A DNA stretch of 64,000 nucleotides from positions 1,824,001 to 1,888,000 of the forward strand of contig CAVUDP010000002.1 of NCBI GenBank assembly GCA_963740315.1. Direction: 5' to 3'. Of this stretch, positions 24,014-35,213 are shown in pieces (the first letter of the stretch is position 1; each line of letters opens with the position of its first letter). The position numbers and the translations under genes were made by a program. The notes under the pieces were generated by a model, which was not told where the DNA came from, did not search any database, and saw only the letters and a program-made list of their open reading frames with translations. The DNA is from an uncultured cyanobacterium (GTDB taxonomy: Bacteria; Cyanobacteriota; Cyanobacteriia; Cyanobacteriales; Nostocaceae).

Positions 24014-26038
24014 ATGAATATAACAAGGCAATCTCTATTACACAATTTACTGCTTACCAACAAATTTTTACGTCCTCAAATTTATTTTAAAGCTTCCTTA
24101 ACTGCATTATCTCATGCTATGGAAGACTTGGTAATAGTAGGAAACGAGGAACCCTTAGTAATTGCTAACTTTCAGCGAGAACGTTTTTATCGTCAAGAAA
24201 CTCGTCGCTATAATCGAATCGCAAAACGCAGCGATCAAGTTTACATCATGGCTGCACCAGATTCTAACTTGGTAGCAACTTCAACTCCTTACATGGTAAT
24301 TCCTTTCGACCCAAATGATGATTTTTTAGCTCAAGAATGGCATTTAATTGTTATCGCTCAAAAATACTCTGCCTGTATAGTTTGTCGAGAATTTTCTACT
24401 CCAGTGGAAGGAGTATCTTTTGATGAATTAAGACAATTCAAAGGTATTTGGACGTTTGAGCGTGAGGTGAGTAAAACAGCAGCTGTTTTGTTGTTAGACC
24501 GGATTTTAGATTATCAACCGCAATTAGCAGATAAAGTAGAAATAGCAAAGCAACGTTACGATCTTAAATCTGAGAATAAACTTCAAACAGCCTCACACCA
24601 AGTTTTAGAAATTGATGCCCGACTTTTTACAAGTCGCTTAGTAAATTATTTACAAACAAGCCAATATAAACAGCTAAACTCTTATCGCACGATTCTTCAA
24701 AAAGAAAACTTTGAAAGATTGATCAATAGGGTAACGACTTTTATTCGTAATTCTTTAAATCCAGAAGAAATTCTTAATAGCACCGTTACAGAATTAGGTC
24801 AAGTTTTTAGTCCTTGTCGCTGTATTTTTTATAATTATCCAGACTCAGAGCAACCGACATCAATTAATTATGAATGGGTAGCCGATGTATTTCCTTCTAT
24901 GAAAGGAGAAAATTGGGTAACGGCAAATCATTCGCTGTTTCAAGCTGCTTTAAATCAAAATAGAGTTATTGCCATTACCGACATTACACAAGATTTAGGT
25001 ATTCAAGCCCATCCTGAATTAAGTGAAAAATTTCAACAATGGCAAATTCGTTCGTGTTTATTAATTCCAATTCGCTATCAACAAACTTGGCTGGGCATTT
25101 TAGAAATTCATCATTGTGGCAATCAACCTTATATTTGGAATGATTCGGAACGAACTTTTGTAGAAGCAATTGCCACTCAAGTTGCAGTTGCTTTAATGCA
25201 AGCTCAAGCTTATCGTAACTTAGAAAATCTTAACCGCCGATTGGCAGACTTGGAACGTACCCAAAGTAATTTAATAGCTATTGTAGGACATGAATTACGG
25301 ACTCCCTTATCTACCATTCAAATCTGTTTGGAGACTTTAACCTTAGAGGAAAATATACCCTTAGATGTCCAGCAGATAATGTTAGATACTGCATTAGGAG
25401 ATTCCGAACGTATGGGAAGATTAATTGGCGATTTTCTCACGCTTTCAAAACTCGAAGCCAATACAGTGCGATCGCAAATTGAAGCAGCTTCGTTACAAGA
25501 AAGCTTGAGTTTAGTTTTGGGTAGTTTTTCCAAGCGTAGTTTATCTGAAAAATTACCCCAGATTATTGTAGAGTTACCTGCTGATTTACCTTTAGTACTA
25601 GCCCAAAGAGAAAGACTTATAGAAGTATTTGCTAAACTTTTAGACAACGCTTGTAAATTTACTCCTCCTGAAGGCAAAATAACAATTTGTGCTTTAACTC
25701 CGACAATTGCTGAATCTTCAATTAACTCCGAATACGAACCAGAAAAATCTCTCCCGAACCTATTAGAAATCATTATTAAAGATACAGGTAGAGGAATCGA
25801 ACGGGAGCAGTTAGAAAGAATTTTTCAACGCTTCTATCAAGAAGAAAACTTTTTACAACGTACAATCGGCGGTACCGGATTAGGTTTAGCAATTTGCCGT
25901 CAAATAATTCAAAAATTAGGCGGACAAATTTGGGCTGTATCAAATGGAAAGAATCAAGGTAGCGAATTTCATTTCACGGTACCTATTGCATCATCAGATA
26001 TGAATTACTATTTAAATATGACAGAAATTATTTCTTAG
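24014..26038 (+). CDS. DICT-GAF sensor histidine kinase (Hik2-like)
   Basis: N-terminal DICT (YFKASLTALSHAMED, FQRERFY, EWHL), GAF, GHELRTPL, LLDNACKFT, GGTGLGL; no TM segments. Confidence 0.88.
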   Translation: MNITRQSLLHNLLLTNKFLRPQIYFKASLTALSHAMEDLVIVGNEEPLVIANFQRERFYRQETRRYNRIAKRSDQVYIMAAPDSNLVATSTPYMVIPFDPNDDFLAQEWHLIVIAQKYSACIVCREFSTPVEGVSFDELRQFKGIWTFEREVSKTAAVLLLDRILDYQPQLADKVEIAKQRYDLKSENKLQTASHQVLEIDARLFTSRLVNYLQTSQYKQLNSYRTILQKENFERLINRVTTFIRNSLNPEEILNSTVTELGQVFSPCRCIFYNYPDSEQPTSINYEWVADVFPSMKGENWVTANHSLFQAALNQNRVIAITDITQDLGIQAHPELSEKFQQWQIRSCLLIPIRYQQTWLGILEIHHCGNQPYIWNDSERTFVEAIATQVAVALMQAQAYRNLENLNRRLADLERTQSNLIAIVGHELRTPLSTIQICLETLTLEENIPLDVQQIMLDTALGDSERMGRLIGDFLTLSKLEANTVRSQIEAASLQESLSLVLGSFSKRSLSEKLPQIIVELPADLPLVLAQRERLIEVFAKLLDNACKFTPPEGKITICALTPTIAESSINSEYEPEKSLPNLLEIIIKDTGRGIEREQLERIFQRFYQEENFLQRTIGGTGLGLAICRQIIQKLGGQIWAVSNGKNQGSEFHFTVPIASSDMNYYLNMTEIIS

Positions 26039-26205
26039 GGAGGATAAAAATTTTCACTTTATCGCAATTTCCCCTCCCAGTCTGACTTTAGCAAAACTTA
26101 AATTATTTTTAACTTTTACTTCTCTCGACAGCTATCAAAAGGGTGATGTCTAATTTCGTTGTATTAGATACAATTTAAAGACATTGAGAGCCAAGGAGTA
26201 AATTA

Positions 26206-27345
26206 GTGGTGCTATCAAAAGGTTTTGAGATTGAGATGTATACTGGTACGCCTCACGGTGACATCGTTGGTCTTTCTGACAAAATTACTTCTGCTTTAGA
26301 AGGGTTTATGCGGGAACCGGATAGCCGCAATGTTGAATACGTTACCGCTCCATTTGATGATTACGAACGGCTTTTATGTGGCTTAGTATGCCCTCGTTTA
26401 AAGTTAAGAAAATATCTTCAACAATTAGGCGATTATACTCTAATCCCCGGAAGTACTTTGTCTTTAGGAGGAAGCGAGAACTTTTTCCGTTCCGACCCAA
26501 ATAATTCTTATCACGATTACATAGAAAAAACCTACGGTACCAAAGTAGTCACCGCTAGCGTTCATATTAATGTAGGCATCAGCGACCCCGAAATATTGAT
26601 GCGGGCTTGTCGCATTATACGCTTAGAAGCACCTTTATATCTTGCTTTAAGCGCTTCATCTCCCTTCTTAGATGGTAAAGCTACCGGATATCACTCTACC
26701 CGTTGGGGTGTTTTTCCACAAACTCCCTCATCTGTGCCTTTATTTGCAAGCCACGCCCATCACATTGATTGGGTAAAACAACAGTTAGCCCAAGGCACAA
26801 TGCAAAACGTGCGACATTTATGGACATCGGTTCGACCAAATGGCGATCGCCGTCCTTATGATTTAAATCGTCTGGAGTTGAGAATTTGCGATTTAGTCAC
26901 AGATCCAATTGCATTATTAGCGATTACAGCTTTGTTAGAAGCGCGTTTGTTGCAAGTAATTAATAATCCTAATATTGACCCGATCGTAAAAAGTAGCTTT
27001 ACGAGCGAAGAACTAATCGCGATTACAGCTCAAAACGAAGCTGCTAGTGCAACATCAAGCTTAGATGCTCAACTAATTCACTGGTTGGATGGAAGAACCA
27101 TTACAGCTAGAGATTGGATTAACGAACTTTACCAACCAGCAGCAACCATAGCCAAACAACATGGCTTCGGATGTTTCCTCTCACCACTGCAAAAAATCCT
27201 TCGTGAGGGCAATCAAGCTCAGCGGTGGCTGCAACTTCATGGCTTAGGCGTTAGCAGTCGTAATGTAATTACCCAGGCGATCGATTCAATTAAAGAACGA
27301 GAATTAGAACTTGAGGATAAATTGTGTTCCCCCTCAGTGGCTTGA
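26206..27345 (+). CDS. gshA: Glutamate-cysteine ligase, cyanobacterial type
   Basis: KGFEIEMYTG, EPDSRNVEY, ASVHINVG, WTSVRPNG...NRLELRICDL. Confidence 0.9.
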   Translation: MVLSKGFEIEMYTGTPHGDIVGLSDKITSALEGFMREPDSRNVEYVTAPFDDYERLLCGLVCPRLKLRKYLQQLGDYTLIPGSTLSLGGSENFFRSDPNNSYHDYIEKTYGTKVVTASVHINVGISDPEILMRACRIIRLEAPLYLALSASSPFLDGKATGYHSTRWGVFPQTPSSVPLFASHAHHIDWVKQQLAQGTMQNVRHLWTSVRPNGDRRPYDLNRLELRICDLVTDPIALLAITALLEARLLQVINNPNIDPIVKSSFTSEELIAITAQNEAASATSSLDAQLIHWLDGRTITARDWINELYQPAATIAKQHGFGCFLSPLQKILREGNQAQRWLQLHGLGVSSRNVITQAIDSIKERELELEDKLCSPSVA

Positions 27346-27605
27346 GCTTGCTGTTTCAATCTTCATAAAAATGGTATATTTTGCCAGAAAAATAAAAACT
27401 TTCCTTCTCAAAACTTTATATTTTTTTCACATTTCCTTTAAAGAATCTTCATATAAGGGTCTTATAGAGTCTATTGGGGGTTTAATTTTTGTTATAGATT
27501 GTTATAGATTGTTAACCATTAATAAAAACTATATGTGTCTTCTATCGTAAGATAGTTTTGAAAAAACGAATACATTGTTTTTTTTTACACTCTTGCTCGA
27601 TCGCT

Positions 27606-28070
27606 ATGCCACAAATAGTTTTAGTTTATCCGCAAATTCCTCCTAACACGGGTAATATTGCTCGTACTTGTGCAGCTACAGGTACCGAATTGCACTTAGT
27701 TGCTCCTTTAGGATTTGAAATCAGCGATCGCTATCTAAAGCGGGCGGGTTTGGATTATTGGCCTTATGTAGATATGCACTATCACGAATCCTTAGAAGCA
27801 TTCAAAGCCGTACATCAGCAGCGTGGAGGTAGATTGCTAGGATTTAGCGTTAGAGGTAATTTAAACTACGCTACTTTTGAATATGAAGCTACTGACTGGT
27901 TATTATTTGGCAGTGAAACTCAGGGTTTGCCAACCGAGGTTTTATCTTATAGCGATGCAACCCTTTATATACCCATGAAAGAACCTAACGTTCGCAGCTT
28001 GAATCTTTCTGTAAGCGTTGCTGTGAGTCTGTTTGAAGCTCGGCGTAAGTTAGGGTACTTAACAAATTAA
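27606..28070 (+). CDS. trmL: tRNA (cytidine/uridine-34 2'-O)-methyltransferase
   Basis: PQIPPNTGNIARTC, KRAGLDYW, FGSET.GLP, RSLNLS SPOUT motifs. Confidence 0.93.
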   Translation: MPQIVLVYPQIPPNTGNIARTCAATGTELHLVAPLGFEISDRYLKRAGLDYWPYVDMHYHESLEAFKAVHQQRGGRLLGFSVRGNLNYATFEYEATDWLLFGSETQGLPTEVLSYSDATLYIPMKEPNVRSLNLSVSVAVSLFEARRKLGYLTN

Positions 28071-28904
28071 ACGTCTTAAATTTAGTGAACTATCGAAATA
28101 AGGTATGTTACGGCAGTATTTATGCTTGGCATAAAAATCAAACATTAATTTGATTCAATCTTTCATAGAGTAAATACTTACAAAAAATATTTTTAAATGT
28201 GATAAGCACTACTTATTTTCGATTGATTATATTGTAGATAGTGAAAAATACTTACGTATGAAGCTAATTTAATATAAGAAATTTGTATATATAATTTGAG
28301 CTTTTACCCAAATTGAACCATAGATTTTTGTTAATCATAATTGTCCCGATAATCGGCTTTATACGGGGTAAAGTTTGTCATAACAAGCAGTTTAGCTTTT
28401 GTTACATTTTTTCAAACCTTTATGAAGCGTAAAAGTACTTGCGAGTAAATACGGTTGTACTTTAGGGAAAAATCAACGTAAAGTCTCGGTTGGGAAGGAT
28501 GGAATATGGCGCAAACAAAAATATCTACAGCAACAGATATGCCGATTCCAGAAACTCTTGCCTTAACCGTGAGCAAGAATCCAAACATCAAGCTTTATTG
28601 TAGTTTTTATTTATAAAGTTTAATGTTTTCTTGAGACAGAGGTAAATGTTCCATATGGTTCCATATATCTGTATCAAGGGAAACAAAATTTGGGTGTGGG
28701 CAGTAGAACAGAGAAGTAAGCACAAAAGTTTAAATTTTACTAGTACAGTGTTAACTTGTCTAAAACAGAGAACCGGGTTAATCTTGCCTAAGTATCTCTG
28801 GTAAATGTGATCTCGATCAATTATTCTGGTGATTCAAATCATTGAATATTATCGGATTAAAAAATCGAGATCGGTTAAGCGCTAGTGATCATAGGAGGTC
28901 GTCT

Positions 28905-30956
28905 TTGAAACGAGCATTAAAGAAGAAAATGAAAGCTGTGTTAGAAAGTAACATTAACAATAATGATGATGCTTCGATAGAGCACAGTAGCTTCGTTACT
29001 CCAGAGTTGAAGCGTCGAATGCCTAAAGCCGCGATGATTGGCTTGGCAATTTCGATGGGAGCAACCAGCCTTTTCGTGACTCGACAAAGCGATCGAGCCC
29101 TTGCAGCAGAGCCTGTAGGCAATGAATTTACTGCCTCCACAATTCCTGCTGGATTTGATGAAGTGAAGTTTGCTCCCACACAAAAGCAATCAATAAGCGC
29201 CATCTCCCAAGAGATTAGGCCTAAAAATTTTGCCGTAGTGGAACCCAAAGCAATCTCACAAATAAAAGGGCTTGGAGCTAAATGGCAAGTTGCCTCTAGT
29301 CTGAAGTCTGCTCGGTTTGGAACACAAACACCAAGCGAAAGTGTAACTGCGGCTAACAATAATACAATTTACTCCGCACCGCAAGTGGTCGAACAACAGG
29401 TTTTTCCTGAAGCTAGCACCACCGCAAAGCGGACGAATAGTAACAGCTTTGTAACCTCTCCACAAATGGTGGATGGCTTCGAGGTTCCAACAACTGTTAA
29501 TACTCAGCTTGAAGCTCAACAAAAGTTTGCACTCAATCGCTTAAAGCAAAAATCGAACCGCTTGAAAGCAAGTCTTAATAAGTTGCGTTCGACTCCCGTT
29601 GAAAGCGTCAAGCCACCACAAGCGAACGCGCAGTCGGTGGATCGAGTTGAAGAAATATCAACTATTAATGCTAAGAAAACTGCTAGCCAAGCCAAACTTG
29701 TATCCAGATTAAAGCAGAATACTGCTGTTGAGCCGGTACAAGAAGCAGTAACAGTACCAACACCAGTTACCCCAACTGTAGAAGCACCAAGAGCTATAGC
29801 TGCGGCGCACCTTGTTAAGTCTGGAGATACCCTAGCCAGAATTGCTGACAATTACGGCTCTTCAGTCTCCGAAATGGCTAAGGCAAATCATTTGTCTAAC
29901 CCCAATCAACTAAAAGTAAATCAACAACTAATTGTTCCTGTTGCTCAAAACAGCAGCAATTTAGTAACAATTAATTCAAGTAATACGGATTCTTCGACTA
30001 GCAACAACGCTTTTACTACTGTTGATAGCGACCAGAAAACTGTAAATTCTTTTGGTGTCGGTGGCGATACCCCCGTACCTTCTGTATTTACAGAAATGCA
30101 GGTTGCTGACAGACGTAATAATTTAGCGAAAAAGGTTTCTAGAAATGAGCGTCTTCGCAAATTAAAAGAAGAAATCGAAAGATTGCGAGAAAAATATCGC
30201 ACTCAACAGTCTGGAGTAGTTGTACCAAATGCAAATCCAAACAGCGATTCAGTAGAAGTACCCCGCGATCGGTCAGCTTCTATACCTATTCCTGTTACCA
30301 AACCTTTAACAGGCAAGGCTTCGGTACCACCAATTCGCGTAGCTAGACCAAATACAGCAGCAGTACCGATTCCCGTTCCTACACCAAATCAAGACATTAA
30401 CCCCAATTTCTCTCGCCGCAACAGGGGTGTTAGAGTAGCAACGCCTCCTGCAAGCTTCAGTGGTCGTTCTCAATCTTCCTCGGTTGTAAAAACAACAGTA
30501 TCTCCAGGGCTACCGCCATTGGCAGCAGTTGATAGATACTTACCTAGACCTATTGACGAGTCAACAGCACCTGCAAAAGGTTATCAATGGCCCGCAAAAG
30601 GTGTTTTTACCTCTGGCTTCGGTCCTCGTTGGGGAAGAATGCATAAAGGAATTGACATCGCTGCTCCCACAGGTACTCCCATTCATGCAGCCGCTGATGG
30701 TGTAGTTGTATCTGCTGGTTGGAACCGTGGTGGTTATGGCAAACTAGTTGATATTCGTCATCCCGATGGTACCTTGACTCGTTACGCTCATAACAGCAAA
30801 ATCATAGTCAGCAAAGGTCAGCGCGTTGAGCAAGGACAGAAGATTTCTTTAATGGGTAGCACTGGTTTCAGTACTGGTCCCCACCTGCATTTTGAAATCC
30901 GTAAAGGTGGCACAAAAGCCGTTAATCCTATAGCTTTCCTTCCGTCTCGTAAATAA
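28905..30956 (+). CDS. LysM + M23 peptidase protein (NlpD-like)
   Basis: LysM (VKSGDTLARIA...NHLSNPNQL), M23 HKGIDIAA, YAHNS, STGPHLHFE; AGGAGG RBS before TTG 28905. Confidence 0.9.
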   Translation: MKRALKKKMKAVLESNINNNDDASIEHSSFVTPELKRRMPKAAMIGLAISMGATSLFVTRQSDRALAAEPVGNEFTASTIPAGFDEVKFAPTQKQSISAISQEIRPKNFAVVEPKAISQIKGLGAKWQVASSLKSARFGTQTPSESVTAANNNTIYSAPQVVEQQVFPEASTTAKRTNSNSFVTSPQMVDGFEVPTTVNTQLEAQQKFALNRLKQKSNRLKASLNKLRSTPVESVKPPQANAQSVDRVEEISTINAKKTASQAKLVSRLKQNTAVEPVQEAVTVPTPVTPTVEAPRAIAAAHLVKSGDTLARIADNYGSSVSEMAKANHLSNPNQLKVNQQLIVPVAQNSSNLVTINSSNTDSSTSNNAFTTVDSDQKTVNSFGVGGDTPVPSVFTEMQVADRRNNLAKKVSRNERLRKLKEEIERLREKYRTQQSGVVVPNANPNSDSVEVPRDRSASIPIPVTKPLTGKASVPPIRVARPNTAAVPIPVPTPNQDINPNFSRRNRGVRVATPPASFSGRSQSSSVVKTTVSPGLPPLAAVDRYLPRPIDESTAPAKGYQWPAKGVFTSGFGPRWGRMHKGIDIAAPTGTPIHAAADGVVVSAGWNRGGYGKLVDIRHPDGTLTRYAHNSKIIVSKGQRVEQGQKISLMGSTGFSTGPHLHFEIRKGGTKAVNPIAFLPSRK

Positions 30957-31190
30957 TTTGTGTTTGAGTAGCATCCTTATAATCGCCTTGGAAGGTTGAG
31001 GGAGTATGTCTCCCTCTTTTGCTTTTTTCGTAATTGATAGATAATCGGTATATGCCCCCGCCTCACGGCAAATAGAGTCTCGGAAATTGAATTCCCAATT
31101 ATCTACTAAAAATCTACAAAAAAAATTAATTAGCGACCGATGCTTGGCAAGATTTTATTTATATGATAAATTTATAATTGAATAAAATCT

Positions 31191-31264
31191 GGCTCAGTAG
31201 CTCAGTTGGTTAGAGTAGGGGACTCATAAGCCCTTGGTCGTGCGTTCGAGTCGCACCTGAGCCA
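31191..31264 (+). tRNA. tRNA with CAT anticodon, probably elongator tRNA-Met
   Basis: GGCTCAG/CTGAGCC acceptor stem with discriminator A, D-loop AGTTGGTTAGA, anticodon loop CTCATAA, T-loop GTTCGAG; CCA not encoded. Confidence 0.93.
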
Positions 31265-31349
31265 TTTAATTTTGATTGAGGACGGTCAGGTATCCCCGTT
31301 CTACAACATTTTTGTAGGACTTGCGCTATCTGTAAGGGAGATGGTGAAT

Positions 31350-31416
31350 CCACTTGCGTGCGGAGGAACACGACCGTTGAGCAAAGTGGTGAACCCGTTC
31401 ACGCGGAGCGTGCGGC
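31350..31416. repeat. GC-rich structured dispersed repeat
   Basis: CCACTTGCG...GAGCAAAGTGGTGAACCCGTT...GCGTGCGGC, similar to 62498-62611. Confidence 0.55.
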
Positions 31417-31491
31417 TCAGGGGGGGACAAGGAGAATTTTAACCTTATTACTTTAACCTTAATTATTTCTAACCATCCCCCATACCCGAAA

Positions 31492-33606
31492 TTAATCTTG
31501 GTAATGTCGAATCACCTCAGCGACCGACCAAGCTTGAGCGATCGCTCCTTTAGGGTTGTGCGGTTCATCGCCATCAAAAATTTCCGAAATTGAACCAAGA
31601 CAAGCATCTGATAAAAAATGCTGTATTAAAGGTTCCCAATCAAAAGGTAGCGCTTCATCTTTGTGAAAACGCCTCATTGCACGAATATAAGGACCGATTA
31701 ACCAACTCCAAACAGTACCTTGATGATAAGCACTGTCGCGAGTCACAGAATTACCGACATATTTGCCGATATATTCTGGATCTGAAGGTTCCAGGGATCG
31801 AAGTCCGTAAGGAGTAAGTAAGCTTTTTGAAGCTTGTTCGAGTACAAGATATCCTTGTTGAGCAGAAAAACCACAATGACTCAGCGAAAGCGCTAAAACT
31901 GCATTTGGTCTAATTTGAGAATTACGACGGTCATCTGGTTCGATCGTATCGTATAAATAGCAAGCTTTGGGATTCCAAAACTTTTGCAGCGATTGCTTCA
32001 CCTGTTGCGCTCGCTTAGTATATCTCCGCGCTTGATTGGCTAAACGCATTCCTTCTTCAGTGAAGTCTTGTTCGCTGAGGATTTCTGCCCATCGTGAAGC
32101 CCAACATAAAGCGGAATACCACAAAGCATTAATTTCTACTGGCTTACCCCGACGAGGTGTAACGGGTACGCCTTCGACTACCGCATCCATCCAAGTTAGA
32201 GCTACACCAGGAGCATCCCAACTCACTAAACCATCAGTAGAATCCACATTTATTTTGTAATTAGTACCACCCACAAATGCCTTATAAATTTGCCGTACCA
32301 CAGGATACTGTTCCGCTAAAAAATCCCAATCTTGGGTAGCTTCCAAATAAATTCCCAGAGTTTCAATCCACCACAATGTTGCGTCTATGCTGTTGTAACT
32401 TGGTTCAACACCAGCATCGGGAAAAGCATTAGGAATCAATCCTTGACGGCAGTAATGTCCAAAAGTCCGTAAAATTCCTTTAGCTATATCGAAGCGCTGC
32501 GGTACGATCGCCAAACCCGGTAAAGCAATCAAAGTATCCCTTCCCCAGTCATTAAACCAGTGGTACCCAGCAATCACCGTCGGACCAGAAATTGAAGCTC
32601 GATAAACTATAAACCGATCGCCCGCACGTAGTAGTTTTTGCCAGATTACAGCTTTTGGAGGCAGCGGGGAAGAAGAGATGGGGGGATGGGGGGATGGGGA
32701 GAGGGGGAGAGAGGGGGAAGAATATTCTATTTCTCCTTGTTTCCCTGTGTCAACTTCCATTTCCCATCCAAAGATTTGCGATAACCTTTTTTCCTCCGCT
32801 AAAACTTCTCGATTAAAGGTTTCGCAATTAAGAGCAATGTTTGATTCCGAGGGAAAACCTACCTGTGCCTCTATTGTTACCGTATCTCCCGGTTCAAGAA
32901 CAACACTTAAGTAACCGGGACTGTAAAGGTCTTCTCGATCGCCCAATCCTCGCCGAGTTTCTTCTTGTAAACCGTAATTCAAGTACCAAATACCGCTCGA
33001 TTGATACGTACCTTTACTCCACCGCAAATGCCAAGGCGTACCAAATTCCTCTTGTTTTTTCGCTTGCAAACAAAGTCGTCCTTTTTCAAGCGATTGCGAA
33101 AACTCTAATATATAATTTTCTTTTTGCTGATGATGAAAATCGCGATCGCCAATCAGCAGCCGCAGTCTTAAAACAGCAGTATCTTTTCCTTGATAGCGGT
33201 ACTGAATTAATACGCGATGAGATTGGGTTTGGTTTGTAGGTATTTTGCCACTCTCTTGTACCTTCGCTTCCAATCCATAAGGCATTACTATTTGTCTGCT
33301 CAATTGCCAGTCTCGATCGCCCCAAATCCATGTTGGAACTGGGTTAAGATCGAACTTTTGTAGCAACTTATAGCCTTGTGGTTCAATTTGACCGCTAGCC
33401 CAAAAATTACTCCCTAATGCCGTTACTCCATAAGGTAGTTCTAAGCTGGCTTCTAAATGCGACATTAACAAAGTACGCCCGGAAGGCGGGCTTGTCGCAG
33501 CAAATAACCAACCGTGGTAAGTACGAGTACGGATATCCGTTACCGTACCGCTTGCAAAACTTCCCAACCCATTAGTCAACAACCATTCTCGAATATTTAA
33601 TCCCAT
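31492..33606 (-). CDS. Amylo-alpha-1,6-glucosidase (glycogen debranching enzyme family)
   Basis: EWLLTNGLGSFASGT, AGYHWFNDWGRDTLIAL, TWMDA, EINALWY, YHQGTVWSWL, AQAWSVAE. Confidence 0.93.
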   Translation of the reverse strand: MGLNIREWLLTNGLGSFASGTVTDIRTRTYHGWLFAATSPPSGRTLLMSHLEASLELPYGVTALGSNFWASGQIEPQGYKLLQKFDLNPVPTWIWGDRDWQLSRQIVMPYGLEAKVQESGKIPTNQTQSHRVLIQYRYQGKDTAVLRLRLLIGDRDFHHQQKENYILEFSQSLEKGRLCLQAKKQEEFGTPWHLRWSKGTYQSSGIWYLNYGLQEETRRGLGDREDLYSPGYLSVVLEPGDTVTIEAQVGFPSESNIALNCETFNREVLAEEKRLSQIFGWEMEVDTGKQGEIEYSSPSLPLSPSPHPPISSSPLPPKAVIWQKLLRAGDRFIVYRASISGPTVIAGYHWFNDWGRDTLIALPGLAIVPQRFDIAKGILRTFGHYCRQGLIPNAFPDAGVEPSYNSIDATLWWIETLGIYLEATQDWDFLAEQYPVVRQIYKAFVGGTNYKINVDSTDGLVSWDAPGVALTWMDAVVEGVPVTPRRGKPVEINALWYSALCWASRWAEILSEQDFTEEGMRLANQARRYTKRAQQVKQSLQKFWNPKACYLYDTIEPDDRRNSQIRPNAVLALSLSHCGFSAQQGYLVLEQASKSLLTPYGLRSLEPSDPEYIGKYVGNSVTRDSAYHQGTVWSWLIGPYIRAMRRFHKDEALPFDWEPLIQHFLSDACLGSISEIFDGDEPHNPKGAIAQAWSVAEVIRHYQD

Positions 33607-33747
33607 TTCCTACTCAAAATCGTTATGAGTATGATATTATTTTTAACAGTTCGTAATAAAATAATCAAAGTGTCTGTCCGCTGAATTTTAGAAAAAGCAG
33701 CATTAGTGACACTTTTCAAGAATATAGCTTCAAGGAGAATTAGTATA

Positions 33748-34359
33748 ATGCCTCTTACCTATTCATCAGAAGGATGCCTGCGTGTAGGACAACAGGCTCC
33801 AGATTTTACAGCTACAGCCGTAGTAGATCAAGAATTTAAAACAGTCAAACTTTCCGACTATCGCGGTAAGTATACTGTTTTATTTTTCTATCCTTTAGAC
33901 TTTACCTTTGTTTGTCCTACTGAGATTACAGCCTTTAGCGACAGTTACGAACAATTTAAAAAGCTTAACACTGAAATACTTGGTGTTTCAGTTGATAGCG
34001 AGTTTTCCCACTTAGCGTGGATTCAAACAGACCGTAAAGCGGGTGGAGTGGGGGATTTGAATTACCCATTAGTATCCGATATTAAGAAAGAAGTTAGTGC
34101 TGCTTACAACGTGTTAGACCCAGAAGCGGGGGTTGCCTTGCGCGGTTTGTTCATTATAGACAAGGATGGTGTAATTCAGCACGCTACCATCAACAACTTG
34201 TCCTTTGGTCGTAGCGTAGAGGAAACACTACGGACATTGCAAGCTATTCAATACGTCCAGTCTCACCCCGATGAAGTTTGTCCTGCGGGTTGGCAACCCG
34301 GCGATCAAACCATGAACCCCGATCCCGTGAAGTCTAAAGTATATTTCTCGGCAATTTAG
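33748..34359 (+). CDS. 2-Cys peroxiredoxin
   Basis: [13 protein letters not shown] and EVCPAGW motifs; AAGGAG RBS. Confidence 0.96.
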   Translation: MPLTYSSEGCLRVGQQAPDFTATAVVDQEFKTVKLSDYRGKYTVLFFYPLDFTFVCPTEITAFSDSYEQFKKLNTEILGVSVDSEFSHLAWIQTDRKAGGVGDLNYPLVSDIKKEVSAAYNVLDPEAGVALRGLFIIDKDGVIQHATINNLSFGRSVEETLRTLQAIQYVQSHPDEVCPAGWQPGDQTMNPDPVKSKVYFSAI

Positions 34360-34571
34360 ATGCCATTTTTTGATTAAAGTGTGGTTAATGGCGAATTTAT
34401 GCCGTTAGCCAAACTTTAATTAACTTATGGAATTAAAAAATAAGTATTTCAGACGATCTAGAAATAAATCTAAAGATATACACAGATAAAAGCGGATAAA
34501 GATTAAATGGAATTAGAATCCGCTTCTATCTGTATTTTTATTGCCATTTTTTCAGGCTATAAGTATTAAAA

Positions 34572-35120
34572 ATGTTGACTTCAACTGATTTCACCGGCTT
34601 ACTTAACGAGCGTTTTTTCCAAAACTTTTTACCAATACCCGCAGCAAATAGTCTGCAATTGGGACAGTTAACACCTCAATTTCAACTTCCTGATATAACT
34701 AATGGAAGTTTAGTTAAATTATCTGATTACAGAGATAAGCAACCCGTACTTTTGGCGTTGACTCGAATTTTCACTGAAAAACAATATTGCCCCTTTTGTT
34801 TTCCTCATATCAAAGCTTTGAATGAAAATTACGAGCAATTCAAGAATCGAGGTATAGAAGTTTTAATGATTACCAGCACGGACGAACGCCAAAGTCAAAT
34901 AGTTGTAAAAGATTTGAAATTGAAAATGCCGTTATTGAGCGATCCTAGCTGTAACGTATTTCGTAACTATGGAGTTGGACAAGCATTAGGTGCGCCGTTA
35001 CCCGCACAGTATATTTTAGATAAACAGGGGAAACTGATTTATAAGCATTTGTTTTCTTTTTTAGACCACAATGCCAGCATTGAAACACTGCTTTCTTGTA
35101 TTGATTCCAATTTAAAGTAG
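34572..35120 (+). CDS. AhpC/TSA (peroxiredoxin-like) family protein
   Basis: Thioredoxin fold with YCPFC. Confidence 0.8.
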   Translation: MLTSTDFTGLLNERFFQNFLPIPAANSLQLGQLTPQFQLPDITNGSLVKLSDYRDKQPVLLALTRIFTEKQYCPFCFPHIKALNENYEQFKNRGIEVLMITSTDERQSQIVVKDLKLKMPLLSDPSCNVFRNYGVGQALGAPLPAQYILDKQGKLIYKHLFSFLDHNASIETLLSCIDSNLK

Positions 35121-35132
35121 TCGATCGTGTTT

Positions 35133-35165
35133 AAAAACCCGGTGTCTTGGACAAACCGGGTTTTT
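35133..35165. terminator. Bidirectional terminator between convergent genes
   Basis: AAAAACCCGGT...ACCGGGTTTTT hairpin with A/T tracts on both sides. Confidence 0.75.
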
Positions 35166-35213
35166 GTAATTTTTAAAATTAGTATGAGTCTCTTTTATTA
35201 TTCTAAAAAAGAG

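Noticed and set aside
28071..28904. c-di-AMP (ydaO) or c-di-GMP riboswitch upstream of the LysM/M23 gene
   Set aside because: No recognisable consensus motifs by eye; an Infernal scan would be needed to exclude it formally.
31191..31264. tRNA as an integration site for a genomic island
   Set aside because: No integrase nearby and no duplicated tRNA 3' end seen in the window.
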